A stretch of DNA of 59,877 nt from Candidatus Nanopelagicales bacterium (GTDB taxonomy: Bacteria > Actinomycetota > Actinomycetes > S36-B12 > UBA5976), in contig JALQVI010000003.1 in NCBI GenBank assembly GCA_023260395.1, forward strand, positions 1-59,877, read 5' to 3'. Below, piece by piece: positions 47,794-58,488 of this stretch (position 1 is the stretch's first letter; each line of letters begins with the position of its first letter). A model generated the notes under the pieces. That model searched no databases. It was not told the origin of the DNA and was given only the letters and a program-made list of their open reading frames with translations. The translations under genes were made by a program, and so were the position numbers.

Positions 47794-50023
47794 ATACGCG
47801 ATAAACGTCGAACACGCCATCAATGCCACGCACAGCGCGCAGCACTTGGTTGAGGTGTGATGGATCGGCCATCTCGAAAGTGAATTTGGACATGGCTACT
47901 CGGTCGCGCGTTGTTGTCACGGAAGCATTCAGAATGTTGACGTGTTGGTCAGATAACGCTCGAGTAACATCCGAAAGCAAGCGTGCGCGATCCAAAGCTT
48001 CAACTTGGATGTTGACCAGGAAGAGGCTGCCTGAACCTGGAGTCCAGGACACTTCAACGAGTCGCTCTTCTTGAGCCAGCAAGTCCTCGGCATTCACGCA
48101 GTCGGTTCGGTGAACGGAAACGCCAGACCCGCGCGTGACAAATCCAAATACTTCGTCGCCAGGTACTGGTGTACAACAGCGCGCTAGTTTGACCCAGGTG
48201 TCCTTGGCGCCGATTACTGTGACGCCAGAATCTCCCTTGGATGGCTTTCGTGTGGTTGATTGAGGCGCAACGATCTCAGACGAATCCTCGATAGATTCCT
48301 CAAGGCCACCATGGGCCGTCAACAGACGTGTTACGACAGTCTGTGCACCTAGATGTCCCTCGCCTACCGCGGCATACAGCGCCGTCACATCGGCGTAGTT
48401 GGCGTCCGCTGCCAAGGTATTCAGCATGCTGCTGGTGAGTAAACGTAGTGGCACGCCATGTTTCTTCATGGCTTTAAGAATTTGATCCTTGCCAGTTTCA
48501 ATGGCTTCTTCGCGGCGTTCCTTTGAGAACCACGCCTTAATCTTGGATCGAGCTCGAGCACTGACAGCGACATTGAGCCAATCGCGGCTCGGGCCGGCAT
48601 TGTCTGCTTTGTTTGTGATGATCTCGATGGCATCGCCATTGTTAAGTTTGGTATCCAGTGGTGCAAGCTTGCCGTTAACGCGCGCGCCGACACATCGGTT
48701 ACCAACTTCGGTGTGCACGGAATAGGCAAAGTCGATTGGGGTGCTACCAGCAGGTAGAGCGAGCACTTCACCCTTTGGTGTGAATACGTAGACTTCAGCT
48801 GCGCCGAGATCATCGCGCAACGAGTCAAGGAAGTCACTTGGATCTTCGGTTTCGCGTTGCCAATCGAGAAGTTGTCGCACCCATCCGAGGTCATCAGGCC
48901 CAGATTTTCCACTGACGTTTGGCTGTTTGTATCGCCAATGCGAGGCAACACCGTATTCAGCAGCCCGATGCATGTCGTGAGTACGAATTTGGAACTCGAC
49001 GGGCTTTCCAGATGGGCCAATGACTGTGGTGTGCAACGACTGATACATCGTGAACTTTGGCATCGCGATGTAGTCCTTGAATCGACCTGGGACTGGGTTC
49101 CATTGATTGTGGATGATGCCGAGTGTGGCATAGCAATCTTGAACGCTGTCTACGAGTACCCGGACGCCCAACAGGTCATAGATGTCTTGGAAATCGCGGC
49201 CACGCACAATCATCTTTTGGTAAATGCTGTAGAAGTGCTTTGGCCGTCCTACAACTTCGCCTTCGATGTGTGCATCCAGTAGATCGCTGCGTACAGCAGT
49301 AAGAATTTCAGCAAGATTTTCATCGCGAGCCGGAGCACGTTCACTCACAAGTCGAGCAATTTCCTCAAACATCTTGGGGTACAACGTGGCAAATGCGAGA
49401 TCTTCAAGTTCCCACTTGATGGTGTTCATGCCTAGGCGATGTGCCAACGGCGCATAAATTTCTAAAGTTTCTCGTGCCTTTTGCTCTTGTTTTTCTACGG
49501 ACATGTACGACAAGGTGCGCATGTTGTGTAGTCGATCGACGAGTTTGATGACTAATACTCGAATGTCGCGTGCCATCGCGACCACCATTTTGCGAACAGT
49601 TTCAGCGGCAGATGCTTGACCAAACTTGACCTTGTCGAGCTTGGTGACACCATCCACGAGACCAGCGACTTCATCACCAAAATCAGCGCGCAATTGTTCC
49701 AGCGAATATTCAGTATCTTCAACGGTGTCGTGCAGCAAGGCCGCAATGATTGTTGACGTCGTCATACCAAGTTCGGCAAGAATGCCTGCTACGGCGACTG
49801 GGTGCGTGATGTAAGCATCGCCAGAACGACGCATTTGGTGGCGATGTAAGTATTCGGCGTATTGGTAACCGCGAATAACTTCGTCGCGCGAACTTGCTGG
49901 GTGAAATGACAGTAGTGAATCGATAACTGCTTGTAGGTCATCGGGAATTGGGCTAGCCAAACCTTGAGGGAAACGCAGTGCGATGGCATCAGCAATTGTG
50001 GTGTCTAGTTCGCTATTAGCCAT
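47792..50023 (-). CDS. relA: Bifunctional (p)ppGpp synthetase/hydrolase Rel
   Basis: LLHDTVED hydrolase, RFKDYIA, YQSLHT, EFQIRT, TGS ([10 protein letters not shown]), CC.PVPGD, ACT. Confidence 0.97.
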   Translation of the reverse strand: MANSELDTTIADAIALRFPQGLASPIPDDLQAVIDSLLSFHPASSRDEVIRGYQYAEYLHRHQMRRSGDAYITHPVAVAGILAELGMTTSTIIAALLHDTVEDTEYSLEQLRADFGDEVAGLVDGVTKLDKVKFGQASAAETVRKMVVAMARDIRVLVIKLVDRLHNMRTLSYMSVEKQEQKARETLEIYAPLAHRLGMNTIKWELEDLAFATLYPKMFEEIARLVSERAPARDENLAEILTAVRSDLLDAHIEGEVVGRPKHFYSIYQKMIVRGRDFQDIYDLLGVRVLVDSVQDCYATLGIIHNQWNPVPGRFKDYIAMPKFTMYQSLHTTVIGPSGKPVEFQIRTHDMHRAAEYGVASHWRYKQPNVSGKSGPDDLGWVRQLLDWQRETEDPSDFLDSLRDDLGAAEVYVFTPKGEVLALPAGSTPIDFAYSVHTEVGNRCVGARVNGKLAPLDTKLNNGDAIEIITNKADNAGPSRDWLNVAVSARARSKIKAWFSKERREEAIETGKDQILKAMKKHGVPLRLLTSSMLNTLAADANYADVTALYAAVGEGHLGAQTVVTRLLTAHGGLEESIEDSSEIVAPQSTTRKPSKGDSGVTVIGAKDTWVKLARCCTPVPGDEVFGFVTRGSGVSVHRTDCVNAEDLLAQEERLVEVSWTPGSGSLFLVNIQVEALDRARLLSDVTRALSDQHVNILNASVTTTRDRVAMSKFTFEMADPSHLNQVLRAVRGIDGVFDVYRV

Positions 50024-50070
50024 GTTCCCTCCTCGTGGATAAGTCTAAATCACTCAGAGGTGACAAAAAA

Positions 50071-50607
50071 TTAACTAAAGACTGTAAAGACGTCTGTTTG
50101 CGGAAATGCTTGCTTGAATCGCACATCGCCACCCAAGAAATCAAGATTGAGTAATACGGCAAGTCCTGAAAGAGTCGCACCACATTGTTCAACAAGCTGA
50201 CCGGCTGCAATCGCCGTACCACCTGTTGCCAGCACATCATCAACTAGCAACACATGGTCCGTCGACTTGAGAGCATCGGTATGTATCTCGATGGCGTCTT
50301 GGCCGTATTCGAGTGAATACTCGACCCGATAGGTTTCGCGGGGAAGTTTTCCCTGCTTACGAATTGGCACAAATCCGATACCCATGTGCGAAGCCAAAGC
50401 GGCGCCGACCATGAACCCGCGAGCCTCGATGCCAGCAATTTTGGTGACACCTTTTGAAGCAAAATGTGCGGCACACACTTCTAGGACATACGCCATAGCT
50501 TTCGGCTCAGAAAACACTGGCGTGAGATCTTTAAAGATGACACCGGGAGTTGGGTAGTCAGCAATTTCAACAATCAGTGACTCAGCAAACTCTCGCGACA
50601 TGTGCAA
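50071..50607 (-). CDS. apt: Adenine phosphoribosyltransferase
   Basis: PGVIFKD, GIEARGF, RK.GKLP, LEYG, VDDVLATGGT; start may be ATG 50601. Confidence 0.95.
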   Translation of the reverse strand: MHMSREFAESLIVEIADYPTPGVIFKDLTPVFSEPKAMAYVLEVCAAHFASKGVTKIAGIEARGFMVGAALASHMGIGFVPIRKQGKLPRETYRVEYSLEYGQDAIEIHTDALKSTDHVLLVDDVLATGGTAIAAGQLVEQCGATLSGLAVLLNLDFLGGDVRFKQAFPQTDVFTVFS

Positions 50608-50612
50608 CTTCC

Positions 50613-51689
50613 CTATCGCTTTGAACGCGCTTTTTTCACTCGCTGTTGGCGTGGACCAGCAGGAGCAACATAAGCACCAGCGCTCACTGGAATGAGCACT
50701 TCACCATCCGTGCCAGCATTCTTACGGCGATTTTCAACGCGCTTGCGCAAAGCAATCATGTCTGGTTGACGTTCCTTGATAACTGCCAAGATTGGAGTTG
50801 CGATAAAGATCGATGAGTAAGCTCCTACGAGCATACCGATGAACAAAGCCAAAGCTAAGTCGTTGAGCGTGCCAGCGCCTAGTAATACAACGCCAACAAC
50901 CAAGATTGATAGCACTGGCAACAATGCAACGATCGATGTATTGATGCTTCGAGCCAAAGTTTGGTTAAGTGCGAGGTTCGCGGCATCGCTGTATGTCATG
51001 CGACTGCCGGAAGTAAGTCCGGCAGTATTTTCGCGAACCTTGTCGAATACAACGACTGTGTCGTACAGCGAGTAACCCAAGATGGTGAGGAAACCAATCA
51101 CAGTGGCAGGAGTAACTTCGAAGCCACTGAGTGCGTAAATACCGACAGTGATGACGACGTCATGTGCCAAAGCAACCAAACCTGCGACCGCCATTGGCCA
51201 CTCAAAGTACAAGGCGAGGAAGATCGCAACGAGTGCTAGGAATACCAACAATGCACGAGCGGCGTTCTTAGATACCTCGCTACCCCACGTTGGTCCAACC
51301 ATTTGAACCTTGATGTCGGTGTCTTTAACGCTAAATTCTTTAGCCAGCGCTGAGTTCACCTTGTTTGATTCTTCGGTAGTCAGAACTGGTGTTTGAACGC
51401 GAATGGTGTCGCCGCCAACGATTGTTACCGACGAAGCTGTCGTGCCTGCAGATGACACGGCATCGCGTGCTGAAGTGACATCAGCAGTCGTTGGGTTAGA
51501 AACCGGGACGGAATATTCCGCGCCACCCTTGAACTCAATGCCAAGATGCAGTCCGCGAGTTACTAACGTGCCAAGCGAAATAACCAAGATGACAGCCGAG
51601 ATGGCGAACCAGGACTTACGCTTGCCAACCAAGTCGAACGAGACGCGACCTGTGTATAGGTTATGTCCGAGATTTCCTAGACGTGACAT
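50613..51689 (-). CDS. secF: Protein translocase subunit SecF
   Basis: LGIEFKGG, VGPTWG, HDV, LTILGYSLYDTVVVFDKVREN, RSINTS. Confidence 0.96.
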   Translation of the reverse strand: MSRLGNLGHNLYTGRVSFDLVGKRKSWFAISAVILVISLGTLVTRGLHLGIEFKGGAEYSVPVSNPTTADVTSARDAVSSAGTTASSVTIVGGDTIRVQTPVLTTEESNKVNSALAKEFSVKDTDIKVQMVGPTWGSEVSKNAARALLVFLALVAIFLALYFEWPMAVAGLVALAHDVVITVGIYALSGFEVTPATVIGFLTILGYSLYDTVVVFDKVRENTAGLTSGSRMTYSDAANLALNQTLARSINTSIVALLPVLSILVVGVVLLGAGTLNDLALALFIGMLVGAYSSIFIATPILAVIKERQPDMIALRKRVENRRKNAGTDGEVLIPVSAGAYVAPAGPRQQRVKKARSKR

Positions 51690-51692
51690 GAG

Positions 51693-53297
51693 TTATGCCA
51701 CCTCACTTTCGGTAACTGTTGACTTACGTTCCTGGTAGACGCCAGTCCACTTGGAGTTGCTGTTCATCCACGCTGTCTTGGCTGCGAATGCAACAAGAGG
51801 GCGCGTGAAGTAGAAAGCAACCACGATGTCAATCAATGTCGTAAGACCCAGGGTGAAAGCAAAACCACGCACACTGCCTACAGACAAGTAGTAAAGAACT
51901 ACAGCTGCAAGGAACGATACGAAGTCAGCAGCCAAAATTGTGCGGCGTGCGCGCGTCCAACCTGCTTCAACTGCACTGCGCAAACGCTTGCCGTCGCGCA
52001 GCTCATCACGAATACGTTCGAAGTACACGATGAATGAGTCGGCGGTAATACCAATTGCCACAATGGCACCTGCGATGCCAGCCAGCGTCAACGTGAATCC
52101 AATTTCGCGACCCAGAACGATGAATGTCAGATACGTGATGATCGCTGCCAAACCAAGGCTTGCAACAGCAATGACACCTAATGCTCGGTAGTACAGCAAC
52201 AGGTAAAGAATGACTAGAAGTAAGCCAAACGCACCGGCTAGTAATCCAGCCTTTAATTGATCGTTACCAAGCGTCGGAGAAATCTGTTGCACTTCATCCA
52301 CGTTTAAGCTGATTGGCAAAGCTCCATACTTAAGAACTTGTGACAACGCCTTGGCTTCTTCGGCAGAGAAATTGCCAGTGATAGTTGCTTGGCCGCCAAG
52401 GATTGGTTCATTGACAGTTGGTGCGCTGACGATCAATCCATCAAGCACGATGCCGAACTGGTTATTTGGTTGCTTTTGTGAAGACAGCTGCTTTGTAGCA
52501 TCGGCAAACTTCTTTGCGCCTTCGGAGGTCAGTGTCAGGTCTACTTGCCATGTGCCTGCACCTTGTTGTGGCAATCCGGCGGTAGCGCTAGCAATGTCCT
52601 TACCCGTAAGCAATGCAGGAGCAAGTGCATACTTCAAAGTCGCATCGCGCTGGCAGGTAACGAGGTACTGCTTCTCGTCATCGACTGAGCCCTGCATGAC
52701 ATCAGACTTATCGCAATTGAGGGCTTGGAAACGTTTGCCGAATTCGGCATCTGCTGTCTTGGCCTGAATAGGCGCCTTCATTAATTCGGGTGCCACAGAA
52801 ACTGTTGGAGTCGGAGTTGGTATTGCGCTCTTGGTTGGGCTAGCAGAAGCACTTGGCTTTGCTGAACCCGAAACTTTTGGTGACGCACTAGGCGTTGGCT
52901 TAGCTGAAGGTGATCCGTAATCAATTGCCATTACGGGTCGGAAATTCAACTGAGCTGTGGTCTTGAGTTGATCAACAACTCCACGGCCGGTTACTCCTGG
53001 AATCGTCACGATGATTTTTGTGTTGGCGCCAGTTCCCTGCGTTGTGACTTCTGCTTCGGCAACACCAAAGCCATCGACACGTTCGCGAATGATGGAAACG
53101 GTTTGGGCCACTTGCTCGGAATCAATGGGCTTGCTGCCAGTAGCAACAGGCGTAAGAATCACCTGAGTACCACCTTGGAGGTCGAGTCCAAGTTTTGGCG
53201 CATGGCTCTTATTCGGCAGGAATGCCCAGACTGCAAGCCCTAGCAAAGCTATGCCAAGGAACAATATTGAGCGACTGGGTCGGTAATGCTTGGCCAC
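51693..53297 (-). CDS. secD: Protein translocase subunit SecD
   Basis: KLGLDLQGG, RVDGFGV.E, IVLDG, YGALP, DSFIVYFERIRDE, VRGFA.TL. Confidence 0.96.
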   Translation of the reverse strand: MAKHYRPSRSILFLGIALLGLAVWAFLPNKSHAPKLGLDLQGGTQVILTPVATGSKPIDSEQVAQTVSIIRERVDGFGVAEAEVTTQGTGANTKIIVTIPGVTGRGVVDQLKTTAQLNFRPVMAIDYGSPSAKPTPSASPKVSGSAKPSASASPTKSAIPTPTPTVSVAPELMKAPIQAKTADAEFGKRFQALNCDKSDVMQGSVDDEKQYLVTCQRDATLKYALAPALLTGKDIASATAGLPQQGAGTWQVDLTLTSEGAKKFADATKQLSSQKQPNNQFGIVLDGLIVSAPTVNEPILGGQATITGNFSAEEAKALSQVLKYGALPISLNVDEVQQISPTLGNDQLKAGLLAGAFGLLLVILYLLLYYRALGVIAVASLGLAAIITYLTFIVLGREIGFTLTLAGIAGAIVAIGITADSFIVYFERIRDELRDGKRLRSAVEAGWTRARRTILAADFVSFLAAVVLYYLSVGSVRGFAFTLGLTTLIDIVVAFYFTRPLVAFAAKTAWMNSNSKWTGVYQERKSTVTESEVA

Positions 53298-53398
53298 AAG
53301 TCACACTTTCTCTCTCGATTACGATTCGCGGGTAACCAAAATTCTGGTAAACCCTTGATTTACCTTAGTGGATAGCGGGAAACTCCCCTGCTACGGCA

Positions 53399-54424
53399 CT
53401 AGTCCAGCGGTAATTGGCCAGTCCAGGCGGGCGCGGTGCGCCCCAAAGCCGTCCAAGCCAGCGGCGTAGCGATTCGGCCACGCTGAGTACGGCTCATGTA
53501 GCCCTCTCGCACCAAATATGGCTCACAGACCGTGTCGACCGTTTCAGGCTCTTCGGCAACTGCCAACGCAAGGGTTGATAGCCCCACGGGTCCACCGTTG
53601 AATTTGTCGATTAAGGCGGTTAAAACAGCTCTATCAAGTCGATCAAGACCTCGTTCATCAACTTCATAAAGTTCCAACGCAGCTCGGGTTGAGATCAAAT
53701 CTAGGACTCCCTTGTTGTGAACTTGGGCGTAATCTCTGGCGCGTCGTAATAGTCGATTCGCTATTCGTGGAGTGCCGCGAGAGCGTCCTGCGATTTCATG
53801 TGCACTGTCGATGTCGATGTCAATGTCCAAACGAATGGCTGAACGAGAAACGATTGCCTGCAAGTCTGAAGCGTCGTAGTAATCAAGCTGAGCCGTGAAT
53901 CCAAAGCGGTCACGTAATGGAGCTGGCAACATTCCAGCACGTGTGGTTGCACCTACGAGGGTGAATGGCGGAAGTTCAAGTGGAATCGAGGTCGCACCGG
54001 CGCCTTTGCCGATCATGACATCGACACGAAAGTCCTCCATAGCCATGTACAGCATTTCTTCGGCAGTTCGAGACACACGATGAATTTCGTCAATAAAAAG
54101 AACTTCGCCAGGAATCAGACTCGACAAGATGCTTGCAAGATCTCCGGCATGTTGAATCGTTGGTCCACTCGTGATGCGCAGCGGGGCACCTACTTCGCTG
54201 GCCACGATCATCGCCAACGTAGTTTTGCCCAGTCCTGGAGGACCTGCGAGCAAAATGTGTTCGGCACTTGCACTTCGAGCATGTGCTGCATCAAGAACAA
54301 GTCCGAGTTGTTGCTTGACTCGTGCTTGGCCGACAAATTCCGTCAGCGAAGATGGGCGCAATGCTGCTTCGGCAGCGCGTTCGGCTGGCGTGCTATTAAC
54401 GCTCGTTACAGATTCATCGGTCAT
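53399..54424 (-). CDS. ruvB: Holliday junction branch migration helicase RuvB
   Basis: [40 protein letters not shown]. Confidence 0.97.
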   Translation of the reverse strand: MTDESVTSVNSTPAERAAEAALRPSSLTEFVGQARVKQQLGLVLDAAHARSASAEHILLAGPPGLGKTTLAMIVASEVGAPLRITSGPTIQHAGDLASILSSLIPGEVLFIDEIHRVSRTAEEMLYMAMEDFRVDVMIGKGAGATSIPLELPPFTLVGATTRAGMLPAPLRDRFGFTAQLDYYDASDLQAIVSRSAIRLDIDIDIDSAHEIAGRSRGTPRIANRLLRRARDYAQVHNKGVLDLISTRAALELYEVDERGLDRLDRAVLTALIDKFNGGPVGLSTLALAVAEEPETVDTVCEPYLVREGYMSRTQRGRIATPLAWTALGRTAPAWTGQLPLD

Positions 54425-55011
54425 GAGGAGCCTAAGTATTGAAGTGCTAAGCGCAACAGGGTTGCAATGTCATTCGAATCCAGGTCTTGTTGGTTCTTAA
54501 GATGCGTCACGGCTTTTGCTGCATCTTTCGACGTCCAGCCCAGGCCGACGAGCGCTTCCTGAACTTGATCGTTCCAACCAGCCGCAGAAATGTTGGATTG
54601 AGACGAGGTCGCGTAGCCAATGCGGTCTTTGAGTTCGAGAACGAGTCGCTGGGCACCTTTCGTTCCCACTCCGGGTGTTTTGGTCAAACGAGCGATGTCC
54701 TCATTGCCAATGGCGGCGCGCAAATCTTCGGCCGTCATTGACGCCAAAATAGTGAACGCGAGTTTGGGACCAAAGCCACTAACACCCTGAATGATTTCGA
54801 AGAGTTCGCGACTTTCAGCGGACTCGAATCCAAAAAGGGTAAGTGAATCCTCGCGCACCACTAGTGAGGTGGAAAGAGTGATTGGCGATCCGACCCGAGC
54901 AGTTGAAATCGTGTGTGGTGAGCACATTACTTGCATACCGACTCCACCCAATGCGATGACAAGTGAGTCAATGCGGGCCTCTAGAACTTCTCCGCGAATG
55001 CTGGCAATCAT
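54421..55011 (-). CDS. ruvA: Holliday junction binding protein RuvA
   Basis: MIASIRG, VREDS..LFGF, VSG.GPKLA, PGVG.K.A.RLVLEL; start at ATG 55011 (ATGA overlap with ruvC). Confidence 0.95.
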   Translation of the reverse strand: MIASIRGEVLEARIDSLVIALGGVGMQVMCSPHTISTARVGSPITLSTSLVVREDSLTLFGFESAESRELFEIIQGVSGFGPKLAFTILASMTAEDLRAAIGNEDIARLTKTPGVGTKGAQRLVLELKDRIGYATSSQSNISAAGWNDQVQEALVGLGWTSKDAAKAVTHLKNQQDLDSNDIATLLRLALQYLGSS

Positions 55012-55523
55012 CGGGCCTGCTTTGCGAGTTCGGCAGCCACACGTTGTTGACCTACGCCGCGCATGGCATGGCACAAAGCAAGAGCCAAGGCATCAGCAGC
55101 ATCGGCAGGTTTGGGTGGTGTCGTTAAATTCAAAATGCGCGTCACCATGGAGGTCACTTGTGCTTTATCTGCACGACCGTATCCGGTAACTGCAGCTTTT
55201 ACTTCAGTTGGTGTGTAGAGCGCTGTATTAATGTCTCGCGAAGTCGCGTTAAGCAATGCAACTGCGCTGGCTTGCGCGGTACCCATAGCTGTTCGCACGT
55301 TGAGCTGGCTAAACACACGTTCGACCGCCACAAAATCTGGTGCGTATGTGTCCATCAGGTCACTGATTTGCTGATTGAGGTTCATGAGACGTTCGGGCAG
55401 TTCGAGTGAGGCTTCAGTGCGCGCGACATGAACAGCGATGAACTGCGAACGACGATGAGCATCTACGTCCACGACACCGACGCCGCAACGTGTCAGACCT
55501 GGGTCTATTCCCATAATCCTCAT
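55008..55523 (-). CDS. ruvC: Holliday junction resolvase RuvC
   Basis: GIDPGLTRCG, AVERVF, YTP.EVK.AVTG.G.ADK.QV, DAADALA. Confidence 0.96.
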   Translation of the reverse strand: MRIMGIDPGLTRCGVGVVDVDAHRRSQFIAVHVARTEASLELPERLMNLNQQISDLMDTYAPDFVAVERVFSQLNVRTAMGTAQASAVALLNATSRDINTALYTPTEVKAAVTGYGRADKAQVTSMVTRILNLTTPPKPADAADALALALCHAMRGVGQQRVAAELAKQAR

Positions 55524-55538
55524 GTCAGTCGCCTCTCT

Positions 55539-55554
55539 ACGAACATCTGTTCGA
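55539..55554. promoter_or_regulatory. LexA (SOS) box upstream of ruvC
   Basis: ACGAAC-ATCT-GTTCGA, one mismatch to actinobacterial TCGAAC-N4-GTTCGA; just downstream of a minus-strand -10 TAGGCT (55557-55562). Confidence 0.85.
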
Positions 55555-55621
55555 ATAGCCTATGCGACAAATGAGTAAAAATCGCGCACCAAGTTACTTG
55601 GCGAGCCATAAAAAGGCAGAT

Positions 55622-56374
55622 CTATGCGTCTAATTCAGCGAGAACTTCGTCAGAAACGTCGAAATTCGCGTAGACATTTTGAACTTCATCGCTATCTTCT
55701 AGGGCTTCAATCAAGTTGAAGACTTTGCGTGCCGTATCGGCATCAACGTCCACGGACATCGTTGGCACGAATGTGGCTTCGGCCGAGTCGTAGTCGATTC
55801 CAGCTGATTGAAGCGCGGTACGAACGGCGACAACATCTGTAGCCTCGGAGACGATTTCAAAGGTGTCACCCAAGTTGTTCACTTCTTCGGCGCCTGCTTC
55901 GAGAACGGCATCAAGAATGGCGTCTTCATCCGCAGCGCTAGCCGGAACAATCACGACGCCTTTGCGGTTAAACAAGTACGAGACCGAACCAGGATCCGCC
56001 ATCGTGCCACCATTGCGCGTTACAGCCACGCGAACTTCAGAAGCTGCACGATTGCGATTGTCGGAAAGACATTCAATCAGCAGTGCAACGCCATTAGGAC
56101 CGTAGCCTTCGTACATGATGGTTTGGTAGTCGGCGCCACCGGCTTCGGCGCCAGAGCCTCGCTTTACAGCGCGGTCAATGTTGTCGTTTGGTACGGAACT
56201 CTTCTTGGCCTTTTGGATGGCGTCGTAAAGAGTGGGGTTACCAACAGGATCGCCACCGCCTACGCGTGCTGCAACTTCAATGTTTTTGATGAGTTTTGCG
56301 AACAACTTTCCACGACGTGAATCGATCACGGCCTTTTTGTGTTTGGTAGTTGCCCATTTGGAATGGCCGCTCAT
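55622..56374 (-). CDS. yebC: YebC/PmpR family protein
   Basis: [43 protein letters not shown]. Confidence 0.95.
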   Translation of the reverse strand: MSGHSKWATTKHKKAVIDSRRGKLFAKLIKNIEVAARVGGGDPVGNPTLYDAIQKAKKSSVPNDNIDRAVKRGSGAEAGGADYQTIMYEGYGPNGVALLIECLSDNRNRAASEVRVAVTRNGGTMADPGSVSYLFNRKGVVIVPASAADEDAILDAVLEAGAEEVNNLGDTFEIVSEATDVVAVRTALQSAGIDYDSAEATFVPTMSVDVDADTARKVFNLIEALEDSDEVQNVYANFDVSDEVLAELDA

Positions 56375-56985
56375 GATGCCCTCACTATGTCAATGAAAAG
56401 TTGGTGAATACGTAAGTCGTCAGTGATTTCAGGATGGAAAGACGTTGCCATGACATTGCCTTGGCGAACCGCAACGATGCGATCATTCTCGTCGTTTGTT
56501 GCAGCCGCAGGAATCGTCGCTAGAACTTCTACCTCGGGTCCGATGGAAGCAACGAGCGGTGCACGGATAAATAGCGCATGGAATGGCTCGTCACCAATGG
56601 CTGGAATGTCGAGATCAATTTCAAAACTATCCACTTGGCGGCCAAACGCATTGCGTTGCGCAACGATGTCCAGTCCCCCGATGGTTTCTTGATCAGCGCG
56701 ACCGTCGGTGACCGTGTTCGACAACATGATCAGTCCAGCGCATGAGCCATACATCGGCATGCCGGATTTCTGCATTGCGCGAAGCGGCGTAAACAAATCG
56801 TTTTTGATGGCCAAGATGCTCATCGTGGTGGATTCGCCACCAGGAATAACTAGTCCATCGATGTTCTCAAACGACGCCGCAGTCTTAACCGCAACGGCGT
56901 TGACGCCGGAATCACTTAAGGCTCGGATGTGTTCTCGCACATCACCTTGGATGGCAAGAACCCCGATTGTCGGAGTCTTGCTCAT
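56371..56985 (-). CDS. pdxT: Pyridoxal 5'-phosphate synthase glutaminase subunit
   Basis: [38 protein letters not shown]. Confidence 0.96.
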   Translation of the reverse strand: MSKTPTIGVLAIQGDVREHIRALSDSGVNAVAVKTAASFENIDGLVIPGGESTTMSILAIKNDLFTPLRAMQKSGMPMYGSCAGLIMLSNTVTDGRADQETIGGLDIVAQRNAFGRQVDSFEIDLDIPAIGDEPFHALFIRAPLVASIGPEVEVLATIPAAATNDENDRIVAVRQGNVMATSFHPEITDDLRIHQLFIDIVRAS

Positions 56986-57890
56986 TACCAGCCGCGTTCT
57001 GCCAAACGGTGAGGCACAGGAATGTCAGCAACGTTAATGCCGACCATGGCTTCGCCAAGTCCGCGTGAAACGTTGGCAATGACATCTGCATCTTCGTAGT
57101 GCATGGTTGCCTGAACGATTGCGTTTGCACGCTGTGATGGGTTACCTGACTTGAAGATACCTGAACCGACGAAAACGCCGTCAGCGCCGAGCTGCATCAT
57201 CATGGCTGCATCGGCCGGGGTTGCAATACCGCCAGCGGTGAAAAGCACGACTGGAAGTTTTCCATTGCGAGCAACTTCTACCACGAGATCGTATGGAGCT
57301 TGAAGTTCCTTAGCTGCAACATAGAGTTCGTCATCAGCCATTGAGCTCAAACGGTTGATTTCAGCACGGATGGTGCGCATGTGGGTAACGGCGTTAGAAA
57401 CGTCGCCGGTTCCTGCTTCGCCCTTTGAGCGAATCATTGCAGCGCCTTCGTTGATACGACGTAGTGCTTCACCGAGGTTGGTTGCACCACAAACGAAAGG
57501 AACGGTGAAAGCCCACTTGTCGATGTGATGGGTGTAGTCAGCTGGAGTAAGAACTTCTGACTCGTCGATGTAGTCAACACCGAGCTGCTGCAACACCTGG
57601 GCTTCCACGAAGTGCCCGATACGAGCCTTCGCCATAACAGGAATCGAAACTGCATCGATGATGCCTTGAATCATGTCTGGATCGCTCATGCGAGACACGC
57701 CACCCTCGGCGCGAATGTCAGCAGGAACGCGTTCGAGTGCCATAACAGCAATTGCGCCAGCGTCTTCGGCAATCTTTGCTTGTTCCGCGTTTACGACGTC
57801 CATGATGACGCCGCCCTTGAGCATGTCGGCCATGCCGCGCTTGACGCGGTCGGTACCGGTAACGGCGTTGTTACTGACGTTCGATGTCAT
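56985..57890 (-). CDS. pdxS: Pyridoxal 5'-phosphate synthase lyase subunit
   Basis: [46 protein letters not shown] 57890 after AAGGA. Confidence 0.97.
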   Translation of the reverse strand: MTSNVSNNAVTGTDRVKRGMADMLKGGVIMDVVNAEQAKIAEDAGAIAVMALERVPADIRAEGGVSRMSDPDMIQGIIDAVSIPVMAKARIGHFVEAQVLQQLGVDYIDESEVLTPADYTHHIDKWAFTVPFVCGATNLGEALRRINEGAAMIRSKGEAGTGDVSNAVTHMRTIRAEINRLSSMADDELYVAAKELQAPYDLVVEVARNGKLPVVLFTAGGIATPADAAMMMQLGADGVFVGSGIFKSGNPSQRANAIVQATMHYEDADVIANVSRGLGEAMVGINVADIPVPHRLAERGW

Positions 57891-57954
57891 GACATTCCTT
57901 TTCACAAGTTTTATGAGGTTCCCATAAGTCTAGCGACCACAGCGGGGTTCGTGC

Positions 57955-58488
57955 TTACCGAAGGGAGGCAGGTAGCTGATCGTCAAAGTCCATTGTTCTA
58001 GGTGTCGGGGCACGTCCGGCCAGCCGAAACATCCGCACAAGGCGTTGCTGCCGCAGGTGAAGGCATGCCTGCACCGCATCGGCATGGAATCGGCGACTGA
58101 GCTCGAGTCGCCGACTGTCAGCAACAAGTTCGTCCAACAGCAAATTTATTGTTGGATCTTTGCGGAGTTCAGCGACATCCTCGTCATCTTCCAAGGTGGC
58201 TTTAAGTGCGCTGGTTAACACGTTTTCGACGTTCATCCGATTGTCGAAGTCGCTCGGGTCGCACGAACGTGCGGCGTATGCAGCCTCGGCAAGGATGACA
58301 CCCGAAGCCGGGTCAAGATGAGTGGCCAGGTCTGCCACTGTCGCGGCACGTCGAGCCAGATGGCCATCGAGTGCTGCAGATGCCACATCAATGCGATGGT
58401 GTAATCGATCAAGTCGACCTGCTTGATGTGACAGATGCCATAGAAAAGCAATGAGTAACAGAACTTCACCGAGACTCAACGGACTCAT
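57955..58488 (-). CDS. Conserved actinobacterial membrane protein (LemA-like; N-terminal half of Rv2609c family)
   Basis: TM then AGRLDRLHHR.D.A..ALD..L.RRA, EN.LT.AL, RRFH.DAV, FRLAG.AP.P; downstream of pimA. Confidence 0.75.
   Translation of the reverse strand: MSPLSLGEVLLLIAFLWHLSHQAGRLDRLHHRIDVASAALDGHLARRAATVADLATHLDPASGVILAEAAYAARSCDPSDFDNRMNVENVLTSALKATLEDDEDVAELRKDPTINLLLDELVADSRRLELSRRFHADAVQACLHLRQQRLVRMFRLAGRAPTPRTMDFDDQLPASLR

Noticed and set aside
48466..49131. 221-aa alternate-frame ORF inside rel, and the many other nested or antisense ORFs in the track
   Set aside because: Shadow ORFs of conserved genes, with no motifs or translation signals
50040..50070. TGTCAC upstream of the rel -10 (TAGACT) as a PafBC motif
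   Set aside because: Spacing to TA is 12 nt rather than 10 and the hexamer deviates from TGTCGG
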